Assembly: GCA_965222795.1 (NCBI GenBank)
Contig: OZ244972.1
Span: 3,008,222 to 3,072,221, forward strand
Direction of reading: 5' to 3'
Length of the DNA stretch: 64,000 nt
DNA from: Rhodospirillales bacterium
GTDB taxonomy: Bacteria > Pseudomonadota > Alphaproteobacteria > Kiloniellales > CBDCUY01
Position 1 is the first letter of the stretch, and each line of letters begins with the position of its first letter. The notes under the pieces are model-generated. The model saw only the letters and a list, made by a program, of their open reading frames with translations. It did not search any database and was not told where the DNA came from. Position numbers and translations under genes: made by a program. Below are positions 54,891-63,656 of the stretch, in pieces.

Positions 54891-56083
54891 CGCAGGTCCT
54901 TTTCATAAATCCGATAAATCTTGTAGGGCCTGGCACCGCCGGCTTCGATCAGGCTGCGGGTGGCGTGATTGTCTTCAAGCACCCAGGAAAGCTCGCCCTC
55001 TGTGATGCCGTGCCGGAGATTGCCTCGATGCACTAAATCGATAACTGCGAAGGCCATCGCTGCGCCCAAGGGCGTGCCGTGAAACTTTCTCCGGACCCCC
55101 ATCAGGGGCATGCGCGCGGAACGGATTTTCCCGGCCTTCACGCGGTAAATCAACTTGGCCCAGCCGAAGGGAAGCAGCGAGCCATTGAGATCGGCAATGG
55201 CCTCATTCAGGTTGGGAAGACTGACGGCAAAGGCCGCGGGCTTGCCGTCGACGGCGGCGATGGCGACGAAATCTTCTCGGATCAGCAGTTTTAGGTCCTT
55301 GGCCAGTTTCGCCAGTTGGCTATCCGACAAAGGCACGAAACCCCAGTTTTCCGACCAGGCATCGTTAAAGATTTGCAGGACTGCTGTCATATCCTGATTG
55401 AAGCGTTTTTTCGACAGGGTCCGCAAACTCACCCGTGGATCTTGCTTTAGTCGCTTGATCATGGCACGCGCGGAGGCCGGCACAGGGTTACTGTTCGCCG
55501 GAAAGTGATAGGCAACCAGATCCTTCGCCTTGGTGTAGCCTGCACCTTCCATGCGCGCGCCATAGTAGGGAAGGGCATGGCCCATCAGAAAGTAGGGCGG
55601 CTTCTCAAAGCCTTCTACCAAAAGGCCTGATTCTTCGTTGATCGAGAAACTGAAGGGACCGCGCAAGCGTCGCATGCCCTTATCCCGAAGCCAGGCCTCG
55701 GCATTGCCGAGAAGGGCATCGAAGATGGCAGGCTCATCAAGGGCTTCCAGAAAGCCGAAATGTCCAGTCCCATCCCCGTGTTGCTGGAGATAGGCGCGGT
55801 CGATCTGCGCAGTGATACGCCCGACCACCTGGCCACCGCGCAGAGCCAGAAAAAGCTGGGCTTCGGCCCGGTCGAAGTAGGGATTATGCCTTGGATCAAG
55901 GTGCTGCCGCCGTTCCATCCGCAAGGGCGGCACCCAGTTGGGATCCTTCCGATAGAGTTTCCACGGCAGACCGATGAATTGGTCCAACCCGGCTCGATTG
56001 ACGACGGGGTGAACGCGGATGTCCTTTGCGGGATCCTTGGAGACGCAGTCACGGGCCTCTGGTTGCGCGGCACTCTTGCTCAA
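54887..56083 (-). CDS. large GNAT-fold N-acyltransferase-like protein, function unknown
   Basis: 398 aa. ..HFGFLEALDEP...LRGPFSFSINEESGLLVEGF.. is remembered from a conserved ~390-aa 'GNAT family' group. It is translationally coupled on both sides. Confidence 0.4.
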   Translation of the reverse strand: MSKSAAQPEARDCVSKDPAKDIRVHPVVNRAGLDQFIGLPWKLYRKDPNWVPPLRMERRQHLDPRHNPYFDRAEAQLFLALRGGQVVGRITAQIDRAYLQQHGDGTGHFGFLEALDEPAIFDALLGNAEAWLRDKGMRRLRGPFSFSINEESGLLVEGFEKPPYFLMGHALPYYGARMEGAGYTKAKDLVAYHFPANSNPVPASARAMIKRLKQDPRVSLRTLSKKRFNQDMTAVLQIFNDAWSENWGFVPLSDSQLAKLAKDLKLLIREDFVAIAAVDGKPAAFAVSLPNLNEAIADLNGSLLPFGWAKLIYRVKAGKIRSARMPLMGVRRKFHGTPLGAAMAFAVIDLVHRGNLRHGITEGELSWVLEDNHATRSLIEAGGARPYKIYRIYEKDLR

Positions 56084-56853
56084 ATCAGGCCATCGTTCTC
56101 GCGCGCCAAGATCGGTTCGTTGCGGGCCCGGGTAATCTCAGCCACCCAGGGATAGCGCTCAGCCTCCTCATCTGTGTAGCCGAGGTTGCGAACCGTAGCA
56201 CTCCGCGGCACCGACTTGGGCTTGGCATAGAAGGTTGCGAACAAACGATCCCAAAGGAAATTGGTGATGCCAAAATTTCCCTGCTCATTGTGGTAGTGGT
56301 GCGCCAGATGCAGCTTTTTCATGCGCATGAGAAACGCAAACTTGGGCGTGTAGGCCAAATGCTGGATGCAATGGCAAAACTCGTAAAAGCAGGTCACCAG
56401 TAGCCCGGTGGCAAGCGCCGCCGCAGCCCCGACTGGACCACCGATCAGCCAGCCAAGCGATGTGGTCACAATGAAAATAGTGGGCAAGGTGGTGTAAAGC
56501 GCGCCAAACAAGACGGAAAGATCGTTGGGGTGCTGGTGATGATCGAAATGCACCCGCTTCCAAACCGCTGCGGTACGGGGCGAGCGATAGAGCCATTGCC
56601 CGTGCAGAACAAAGCGGTGAAGCAGGTACCAAACCAAAGGATAGATGAGGACCGTGGCGAAAATCGCCGCCAGCACCGGCCAAATGCTTTCCAGGTAAGA
56701 TAGGCAGACGACGGCGCTCAGGATGGCAAGCGCCATATAGGCCTGAATAGCCGGATAGGTCACATAGGCGCGCACCAGCTTACGCAGGTCCATCTTGTCC
56801 AGAAGATAGCCTTGCGCCCGCCAAGCCCTGTAGCCGACAAATAGTTTGCCCAT
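56080..56853 (-). CDS. fatty acid hydroxylase / sterol desaturase-family membrane di-iron enzyme
   Basis: 257 aa with His boxes HRFVLHG, HFDHHQHP and HLAHHYH, and several TM segments. Confidence 0.75.
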   Translation of the reverse strand: MGKLFVGYRAWRAQGYLLDKMDLRKLVRAYVTYPAIQAYMALAILSAVVCLSYLESIWPVLAAIFATVLIYPLVWYLLHRFVLHGQWLYRSPRTAAVWKRVHFDHHQHPNDLSVLFGALYTTLPTIFIVTTSLGWLIGGPVGAAAALATGLLVTCFYEFCHCIQHLAYTPKFAFLMRMKKLHLAHHYHNEQGNFGITNFLWDRLFATFYAKPKSVPRSATVRNLGYTDEEAERYPWVAEITRARNEPILARENDGLI

Positions 56854-56937
56854 CCTTTGGCCCCTTTCCCGACGACAGCCCTTAATATCGTGCTTGGGCC
56901 GGATGAATCAACGCCTCTGGCACTCATCGCGGGTCGA

Positions 56938-57468
56938 TCAGTGCCGCAACTTAATTCTTATCTCTGTGCCATCGTCATCGACTGTGAAGGCGGCCGCCTC
57001 GAATTTTGGCGGGCCAAAGGCAAAGCCCGGGTTGTTTGAAACCCCGTAGGGCTCACTTGGCAATCCAAGAAAATTCTTGTCGAAACGCCGGTTGCCATTT
57101 TCATCGTGATAGACACCGGCAGCAAAGACACCAGCGTGTGGCGCCAGGAAACAAAGCCGCGTCTCGCCGGTTTGCGCCGGCACCCTGACCCGCGCGAGTT
57201 TCTTGCCCTTTTTTAGGAAATTCTCCGGCCGGTCGCCGTGCAGGTCGGCGGTGATGACGCCCTTCGTTGATCGCACACCCGTCACCACGACAGTAATAGC
57301 GTAGGGCTGGCCGGCACAATCGACCAGGTTGTCATCAGCCGTCTGAGCGGCACCCTTCGCCGCCACAGTCCCCAAGACGAACAGAACTGCTGCCACAGCC
57401 AGAAAGAGGGAGTAATGTACTATCCCTTGCTGTGCATGTTGAGATTCCTGGGTTCTTGGGCCGATCAT
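56938..57468 (-). CDS. DUF2141 periplasmic protein
   Basis: Signal peptide, then ..GVYHDENGNRRFDKNFLGLPSEPYGVSNNP.., the DUF2141 signature. ATG 57468 lies 6 nt after GGGAGA. Confidence 0.65.
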   Translation of the reverse strand: MIGPRTQESQHAQQGIVHYSLFLAVAAVLFVLGTVAAKGAAQTADDNLVDCAGQPYAITVVVTGVRSTKGVITADLHGDRPENFLKKGKKLARVRVPAQTGETRLCFLAPHAGVFAAGVYHDENGNRRFDKNFLGLPSEPYGVSNNPGFAFGPPKFEAAAFTVDDDGTEIRIKLRH

Positions 57469-57532
57469 GCTATATCTCCCGTGATCGCGGTGAAACTCGA
57501 AGTAGCGTACTGGCAGGCCAAGACGGATATCT

Positions 57533-59404
57533 ATGCGCGAACCCGAAGACATCAAGTCCAAATCGACAAGCCTTCATGAGGCGGCAGCCGAGGCGCTCAC
57601 GGAAGTGCTCGATAAAGCTGTTGACTTGCATCGCCGAGGCCAGGTTGAAGAAGCCCTTAACTTATACGTATCATTGCTGGAACGGCATCCCCAACAGCCA
57701 AACCTGCTCCATCTTGCCGGGCAAGCGACCTCTGCGCTGGGCCAATGGGGTTCTTCGCTGACCTACTACGAAAAGCTTTTGACCCTTTACCCCAACTTCG
57801 CGCCAGCATATCGGGGAATAGGGCGGGTGCGTAGGGCTCTCAACGACCCTGAGGGCGCCGCTTCCGCCTACCGCCGCCTGACAGAGCTGATACCCGCCGA
57901 TGCAGAAGCTTGGTGCGAACTCGGCAATCTCGAACGCGATTTGGGCCGCTTGGGCGAGGCCGAACGGGCTTTCCGCAGCGCCATTGCGGCCGATTCCCGG
58001 CACGCAGGAGCCCATTGTAATCTTGGGATTATCTTGAAGAAAAAGGGGCTGCTGAACCAGGCAATTGAAGCCTATCGCCAGTCTCTGTCCCTCGACCCTC
58101 AGTTTGCTGAGGCACATTACAATCTAGCGATCACCTTGGACGGGGTTGGCCGGCGAATGGAGGCTACCTCAAGCTATGCGGCGGCAATCGAGCTAAAGCC
58201 GGATTTTGCCCTTGCTCATGCGAACCTCGGAAACAGCCTCCACGCCCTGGGACGGGACGATGAGGCGATCGTCTCTTACCGTCGGGCCCTAGCCCTAAAA
58301 CCGCAGCATCACGGCTGGCTTACAAATCTCGGGATTGTTCTTCTCAGCCAAGGCCAGCCCGATGAGGCTGCCACCCAATTTCGAGAAGCCTTGTCAGTCA
58401 AGCCAGACTACATTCAGGCGATGGTCAATCTGGCGTCGGCGCAGCTGCAAAGGGGGCAAGCAGAGGAAGCGGCCAAGAATTGTCGACGGGCTTTGGCGAT
58501 TAAGGGGAACTATGCTGATGCGCTTGTCGTGCTCGACAAGGCATTGTGTCGGCTAGGCAAGCCAGCAGCTGTTGTTCAAGAATATCGCCGAGCTCTCGCC
58601 GCCTATCCCGGGTTCCTGTCGGGTCATTGTGGCCTGGCTGAAAAGTACCTGAGCCTCGGGAGTCCGGCTGAAGCTCTTGAATCGGCCGAGAACTGTTTGG
58701 CGCAGCAACCCGGTCATATTCGGGCTTTATCCAACAAGGTGGTAGCGCTCGCTCACCTGGGTGATCGCAACCAGCTGAACGAGTTGGTCGATTTCGACCG
58801 CTTGATGCTGGAAAAACGCTTCGATCGCGCCCCCGGTTATGAAAGCCTGGCGGCGTTTCATCAAGACCTTGTGGAATTTGCTGACCGACATCCCAGTTTG
58901 GCCTTTGAATCCGCGGGGCGGGCGACCAGGCATGGACGAAGCACCCGCGAGCTCATGATCGAGCCATCTATGCCGGCCCTGGCCATGCGGGAATTAATCT
59001 GCCAGGCTGTCGCTGCCTATGGGCGTTATGCTCCCGTCGATGGGAGGCATCCCTTTCTCGCCCATCCGCCGGGTCGGTGGAGCCTCAGCATCTGGGCGGT
59101 AATCTTAGAAGATCAGGGCCACCAAGTGCCCCATGTGCACCCATCGGGCTGGCTTTCCGGGGTGTATTATCCTCGCTTGCCAGCAAGCATGGCAGCAGCG
59201 GAAAATGATCGGGCCGGCTGGATCGAGTTTGGTGGCCTGCCGCAGGAATACGCGGTCGGCGCGCCCCCTCCCGTTCGCCTGTTTCGGCCGGAAGAAGGGT
59301 TAATGTTGTTGTTTCCGTCTTATTTTTATCATCGCACCATTCCCCTCAGCGGCAGGGGCAAGCGATTTAGCGTGGCATTTGACGTGAAGCCCGAAGATAG
59401 TTGA
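57533..59404 (+). CDS. TPR-repeat protein with a C-terminal putative 2OG-Fe(II) oxygenase domain
   Basis: 623 aa with about 9 TPR units (..AHYNLAITL.., ..AHANLGNSL..). The C-terminus ..VPHVHPSGWLSGVYY...LLFPSYFYHRT.. resembles the 2OG-FeII_Oxy_5-type domain. Confidence 0.65.
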   Translation: MREPEDIKSKSTSLHEAAAEALTEVLDKAVDLHRRGQVEEALNLYVSLLERHPQQPNLLHLAGQATSALGQWGSSLTYYEKLLTLYPNFAPAYRGIGRVRRALNDPEGAASAYRRLTELIPADAEAWCELGNLERDLGRLGEAERAFRSAIAADSRHAGAHCNLGIILKKKGLLNQAIEAYRQSLSLDPQFAEAHYNLAITLDGVGRRMEATSSYAAAIELKPDFALAHANLGNSLHALGRDDEAIVSYRRALALKPQHHGWLTNLGIVLLSQGQPDEAATQFREALSVKPDYIQAMVNLASAQLQRGQAEEAAKNCRRALAIKGNYADALVVLDKALCRLGKPAAVVQEYRRALAAYPGFLSGHCGLAEKYLSLGSPAEALESAENCLAQQPGHIRALSNKVVALAHLGDRNQLNELVDFDRLMLEKRFDRAPGYESLAAFHQDLVEFADRHPSLAFESAGRATRHGRSTRELMIEPSMPALAMRELICQAVAAYGRYAPVDGRHPFLAHPPGRWSLSIWAVILEDQGHQVPHVHPSGWLSGVYYPRLPASMAAAENDRAGWIEFGGLPQEYAVGAPPPVRLFRPEEGLMLLFPSYFYHRTIPLSGRGKRFSVAFDVKPEDS

Positions 59405-59465
59405 CCTTGATCGTCAATCGAAAATCCTATCACGAGTGTCCTGGCGTAATGGTTGGCTTTCCTGC

Positions 59466-60650
59466 ATGTTCACCCGGCTGAATCGCTACATCGTCGGTCA
59501 AATACTGGTCTATTCCCTGGCCATGACCGGTGTTGCCATGCTGGCGCTGTTGCTGGAACGCCTTCTGCGCTTGCTATCGCTGACCGGCAATGCCGATGAA
59601 GTCTTGGGCTACCTCTCGCAAATGATGATCACCCTGATACCGCATTACCTCGGTATCGCGATGCCGGCAGCCTTCTTCTTAGGCGTGGTGTTAACCTTCG
59701 GGCAAATGCTACGGGAAAGTGAACTAGCGGCCTTGTGGTCCTCCGGCATCGGCTTGCACCGGCTTTTGTTGCCGGTTGTTGGCTTGGCCTTTGTTTTGGC
59801 TGTCTTGGCCACGGTCATCGTCAGCCATTTGCAACCTCTGGGTCGTTACAGTTATCGCTCGATCGTGCACACCATCGCCCATTTATCCCTGGGCTCGGCC
59901 ATTCGTGACGGCACGCTGCTTCAGATTGGTGACTTGACCTTTATCGTCGACGATACCTCTCTCGACGGCAGGGAACTCAATCGGGTTTTTGTTCATCAAG
60001 AAAAAGGTAAAGGCCGCTCGTTGGTGACAACCGCCGAACGCGGCCGGCTGCAGTCGACAGAAGATGGTGGCTCTGTATTGATACTCGAAAATGGCTTGCG
60101 AACCGAAATCGCGGCTGACGGGACCAGAAGCAGAGCGATCACCTTCAGTCGTTTCCAGTGGCCGATCGACCGCGCCGACGAACAACGGTTTCGAGCTCGA
60201 GGCAAGGATGAGCGGGAGTTAACACTGCCGGAACTCTGGGTTTCGAGCACCGGCCTGGGTTCATCCATTGAACCGTCGGAAATCAAAGCCGAGTTTCATG
60301 CCCGATTAGTTGCCGTGGTAAGCATCGTGTTTCTGCCTCTCTTGGCAGCCGCCCTTTCTCTCGCAGGCGGCAAGCAAGGCCAGATGTACAGCATCGCGAT
60401 CGGTTTGTTGATTCTCGTTGTCTATCAGAAGGTCTTGAAGTTCGGTGAAGCCATGGTGGATGCAGGATCAATCTCGCCCTGGATCGGCCTTTGGCTGCCC
60501 TTTGGTTGCTTTGCTATTGGCAGTGCGTGGCTCGCCTATGCCAATGGTTTTGGGGTGCCGCATTACCGCTTCGGCTGGCTACCGGCGCAGGCTGATCGGG
60601 TTGTCGCGACGGCAAGGGCGCTATGGCCCTGGAGTCGTCAGACCCCATGA
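59466..60650 (+). CDS. lptF: LPS export ABC permease LptF
   Basis: ATG 59466 gives MFTRLNRYIVGQ.. (LptF/G family N-terminus). It has 6 TM segments plus a periplasmic beta-jellyroll region. Confidence 0.8.
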   Translation: MFTRLNRYIVGQILVYSLAMTGVAMLALLLERLLRLLSLTGNADEVLGYLSQMMITLIPHYLGIAMPAAFFLGVVLTFGQMLRESELAALWSSGIGLHRLLLPVVGLAFVLAVLATVIVSHLQPLGRYSYRSIVHTIAHLSLGSAIRDGTLLQIGDLTFIVDDTSLDGRELNRVFVHQEKGKGRSLVTTAERGRLQSTEDGGSVLILENGLRTEIAADGTRSRAITFSRFQWPIDRADEQRFRARGKDERELTLPELWVSSTGLGSSIEPSEIKAEFHARLVAVVSIVFLPLLAAALSLAGGKQGQMYSIAIGLLILVVYQKVLKFGEAMVDAGSISPWIGLWLPFGCFAIGSAWLAYANGFGVPHYRFGWLPAQADRVVATARALWPWSRQTP

Positions 60651-61717
60651 CTGTCATCAATCTCTATCTGGCGCGCCTGTTTCTGGCCCGTTTTCTGGTC
60701 CTTCTCCTTGGGTTGGGCGCGCTCATTCTATTGTTTGACTTCCTAGCCAACGGCGATGAGGTCATCGAGAGCCGCGACGGTGTCCTCGAACCCATGCTGC
60801 GCTACAGCTTGCTGAGACTCCCCTCAATCCTCTCTCAGTTGATCCCAATCGCCGTGCTGGTTGCGGCATTGGTAACCTTGCTCGGGCTGGTACGCCACTC
60901 CGAGCTGATCGCCATGCGGGCGGCAGGCCAATCCCAGCTCCAATTGGTGAGAGCAATGTTGCCGGTCGGACTGCTGATTGCGATACCCCAGTTCTTTTTG
61001 GAAGACCGCATGCTTCCCCAGTCGGTGCAAGAACTGAGGGAGTGGGGTGTCGGTGACTACGCGGCGGGCCGCAAGAAAGCTGCGGAAGGACGGACCTGGT
61101 TGCGCCATGGTCGCCAGATTGTGCGAATAGAAAGTGTGGGCCAAAGCAAGGCAGAGCTGGCTGGCGTGACGATTTTTCAGCGCAACGACAAAGGCTTGTT
61201 GGCCGACTGGCTAAAGGCCGACCAAGCCAGCTATAATGATGACGGTTGGGTCCTCGAAAATGTGACTATCTCAACCGCTGAGTCGCGTGACTTGGCGCAC
61301 CGAGATCGCTTGGCTTGGCAGGGCGGCATTGACCCTGCTCTTTTCTTGCTACTCAGCGCCCATCCGCGCGAGATTTCTCTTGGAGACCTCCTGACGGTAA
61401 AGCGTGACTCCCACATGGGTAATCGGCCGCAATACCTCTATGACGTCTGGATCCATAAGCGCATCGCCCGGGCCCTGGCGACGGTAGTACTGATTTTGCT
61501 CGCCATACCGTTGGTGCAGCGTTTTCACCGACGTCTAAATATCGGTTGGATTTTGGCCGGCGGTCTTGGCATTGGCTTCCTCTTTTGGACCTTTGACGGA
61601 CTCATTTTAGCTGTCGGTGAGGCGGGCCTGTTGCCTGCCCCAATAGCGGCCTGGGCACCCTTGGCGGTGCTCGCGATTCTGGTGACGAGCTTGGCGCTCC
61701 ATCATGAATCCCAATAG
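60647..61717 (+). CDS. lptG: LPS export ABC permease LptG
   Basis: ATG 60647 overlaps the lptF stop (ATGA). MTVINLYLARLF.. shows the same family architecture. Confidence 0.8.
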   Translation: MTVINLYLARLFLARFLVLLLGLGALILLFDFLANGDEVIESRDGVLEPMLRYSLLRLPSILSQLIPIAVLVAALVTLLGLVRHSELIAMRAAGQSQLQLVRAMLPVGLLIAIPQFFLEDRMLPQSVQELREWGVGDYAAGRKKAAEGRTWLRHGRQIVRIESVGQSKAELAGVTIFQRNDKGLLADWLKADQASYNDDGWVLENVTISTAESRDLAHRDRLAWQGGIDPALFLLLSAHPREISLGDLLTVKRDSHMGNRPQYLYDVWIHKRIARALATVVLILLAIPLVQRFHRRLNIGWILAGGLGIGFLFWTFDGLILAVGEAGLLPAPIAAWAPLAVLAILVTSLALHHESQ

Positions 61718-61738
61718 GGTCATTTGAGCTGCCTTGTC

Positions 61739-62692
61739 ATGAAGATCGGTCTGATCAGCAACACGTTCAGCCAACGCAACAAGCGTGGTTTGCCCAATTG
61801 CTACAAATCGCTAATCGTCGATCGCCGGTGTTATCATGCGGAGATTGCCGGCATTGAGAATTTGCCCAACGTGCTTTCCGACTTTGCGCAAAAAGAAGTT
61901 GACGTGGTTGCGGTCAATGGCGGCGACGGGAGCGTCGCGGCGGTGATGACCGAACTGCGCCGCGGCAAGGCCTTTGGCCGTCTGCCAAAACTTGGAATTC
62001 TGCCTGGCGGCATGACCAACATGACGGCGGCCGATGTGGGGATGAAAGGCAGTCTGCCCAAGGCGCTCGCGCGCTTGCTCGACATGGCGGAAAGCAATCA
62101 GGACCCGCAGGTCATCAGCCGCTCGGCCTTGCGGCTGACGATAGGTAACCAAGACTACCCAATCTATGGCATGTTCTTCGGTGCTGCGGCCATTTGTCGG
62201 GCGATCGAGCTATGCCGGCGCTTGATTCATCCGCTGAAACTCGAATCTGAAGTGGCTGCGGGAGCCACTTTGATACTGCTACTTTTGCGTCGGGCCTTGT
62301 TTGGCGGCGATGGGGATACGGTGTTTCGGGGTGATCCCATGCAGATAGACTGCGGTGATGAAAGCCGCGAGGAAGGCGAGCGCCTGCTGGTGTTGGTCAC
62401 CACCCTCGAGCGGCTGGTCATGGGATCGCGGCCATTTTGGGGCAAAGGGAAAGGTGCTTTGCACTATACCAGCGTTGCGTTTCCGCCATCGCAGTTAGCC
62501 CGCTCGGTGTTTCCCCTACTCTATGGAGGGGTCGACCGGCGGCTGCCAAACGATGACTATGCTAGCCGGAAGATTGATCGCATTTCTTTTCGCATGGCTT
62601 GTGCCTTCACTTTAGATGGCGAACTCTTTGAGGCTTCTCCGGACCAGCCCGTTGTCTTAGAAGACGGCGGCCAATTTGAGTTTTTGCGCTAA
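61739..62692 (+). CDS. diacylglycerol-kinase-catalytic-domain lipid kinase (YegS/ceramide-kinase-like)
   Basis: MKIGLISN.., ..VVAVNGGDGSVAAV.. and ..LGILPGGMTNM.. are DAGK_cat motifs. It starts 21 nt after lptG. Confidence 0.7.
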   Translation: MKIGLISNTFSQRNKRGLPNCYKSLIVDRRCYHAEIAGIENLPNVLSDFAQKEVDVVAVNGGDGSVAAVMTELRRGKAFGRLPKLGILPGGMTNMTAADVGMKGSLPKALARLLDMAESNQDPQVISRSALRLTIGNQDYPIYGMFFGAAAICRAIELCRRLIHPLKLESEVAAGATLILLLLRRALFGGDGDTVFRGDPMQIDCGDESREEGERLLVLVTTLERLVMGSRPFWGKGKGALHYTSVAFPPSQLARSVFPLLYGGVDRRLPNDDYASRKIDRISFRMACAFTLDGELFEASPDQPVVLEDGGQFEFLR

Positions 62693-62694
62693 CC

Positions 62695-63642
62695 ATGGCC
62701 TCGGATAGCGCCTTGTCGGCAATTCGAGCCTATGTCGGCGAGGAGCTGCGACGACCCCCGATTCCGCAGGTCCAAGCGGCTGCCGTTGCCCTTCGCCAGG
62801 ATGCCGGTCCCTCGGTGGCGGCAATCCTGTTTTACGGGTCCAGCCTGCGTGAGGGCTCGGTTGAGGGAAAGGTTATCGACTTCTACCTCCTGGTGGACGG
62901 TTATCGTGACTATTACGGGGGTGCCTGGCCCGCTTTATGGAATGAGGTCTTACCGCCAAATGTGTTTTTCTTTGAAACCGAAGATGAAGGTCGTCGCTTG
63001 CGGGCCAAGTACGCAGTCCTGTCGCTAGCAGATTTGGCCAAAGGCGCGGGTCCCAGCGCTTTCCAGTCGACCCTTTGGGGCCGATTCGCCCAGCCCTGCG
63101 CCCTCGTCTACTGCCGTGATGAATCGAGCGCTGAGGCGGTGACAAAAGCCATAAGCCAAGCGGTCCAGCGCCTAGTTCACGAGACCCTGCCATTGATGCC
63201 GGCTCGCTTTAGCGCCGAAGAGTTGTGGAAGCGCGGGCTTCGTGAGAGTTATCGTTGCGAGTTTAGGGCCGAGCGCCGCGATCGCTCTTCGGCGCTCTAT
63301 GAGGGCTTTCACGAGCGTTATGACCGTCTGGCTTCGATTGCCTTAGAATCTTTCGGCTGCGAGGAAGGTCCCCCCTTCCACTTTCATCATCGGCCTAATC
63401 CATGGGCGCGCTCACGGGCTGCTTGGCGATGGTTCATACGGAGGCCGCTGGGGCGGCTTTGGCAGGCCGCGCGCTTGATCAAGGCGGCCTTCACCGTCGT
63501 CGATGGCCTCGACTACATCCTTTGGAAGGTCCATGCCCATTCGGGTGTCAAGATCGAACCTACGGCGTGGCAGCGACGACATCCGCTGTTATCGTCGCCC
63601 TATTTGGCCTATTGCCTTTACCGACGCGGTGGCTTTCGCTGA
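62695..63642 (+). CDS. Tam41/Mmp37-like nucleotidyltransferase (putative lipid-phosphate cytidylyltransferase); tentative
   Basis: 315 aa, starting 2 nt after the kinase stop. The pattern ..ILFYGSSL...VIDFYLLVD...NVFFFE....LRAKYAVLSLADL...LWGRFAQP.. parallels the Tam41 pattern YGSGV..DFIF.V..VYFNP..IKYGV.S...L..AGR.QKP (from memory). Confidence 0.4.
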   Translation: MASDSALSAIRAYVGEELRRPPIPQVQAAAVALRQDAGPSVAAILFYGSSLREGSVEGKVIDFYLLVDGYRDYYGGAWPALWNEVLPPNVFFFETEDEGRRLRAKYAVLSLADLAKGAGPSAFQSTLWGRFAQPCALVYCRDESSAEAVTKAISQAVQRLVHETLPLMPARFSAEELWKRGLRESYRCEFRAERRDRSSALYEGFHERYDRLASIALESFGCEEGPPFHFHHRPNPWARSRAAWRWFIRRPLGRLWQAARLIKAAFTVVDGLDYILWKVHAHSGVKIEPTAWQRRHPLLSSPYLAYCLYRRGGFR

Positions 63643-63656
63643 GGGCGGATCGTTGC

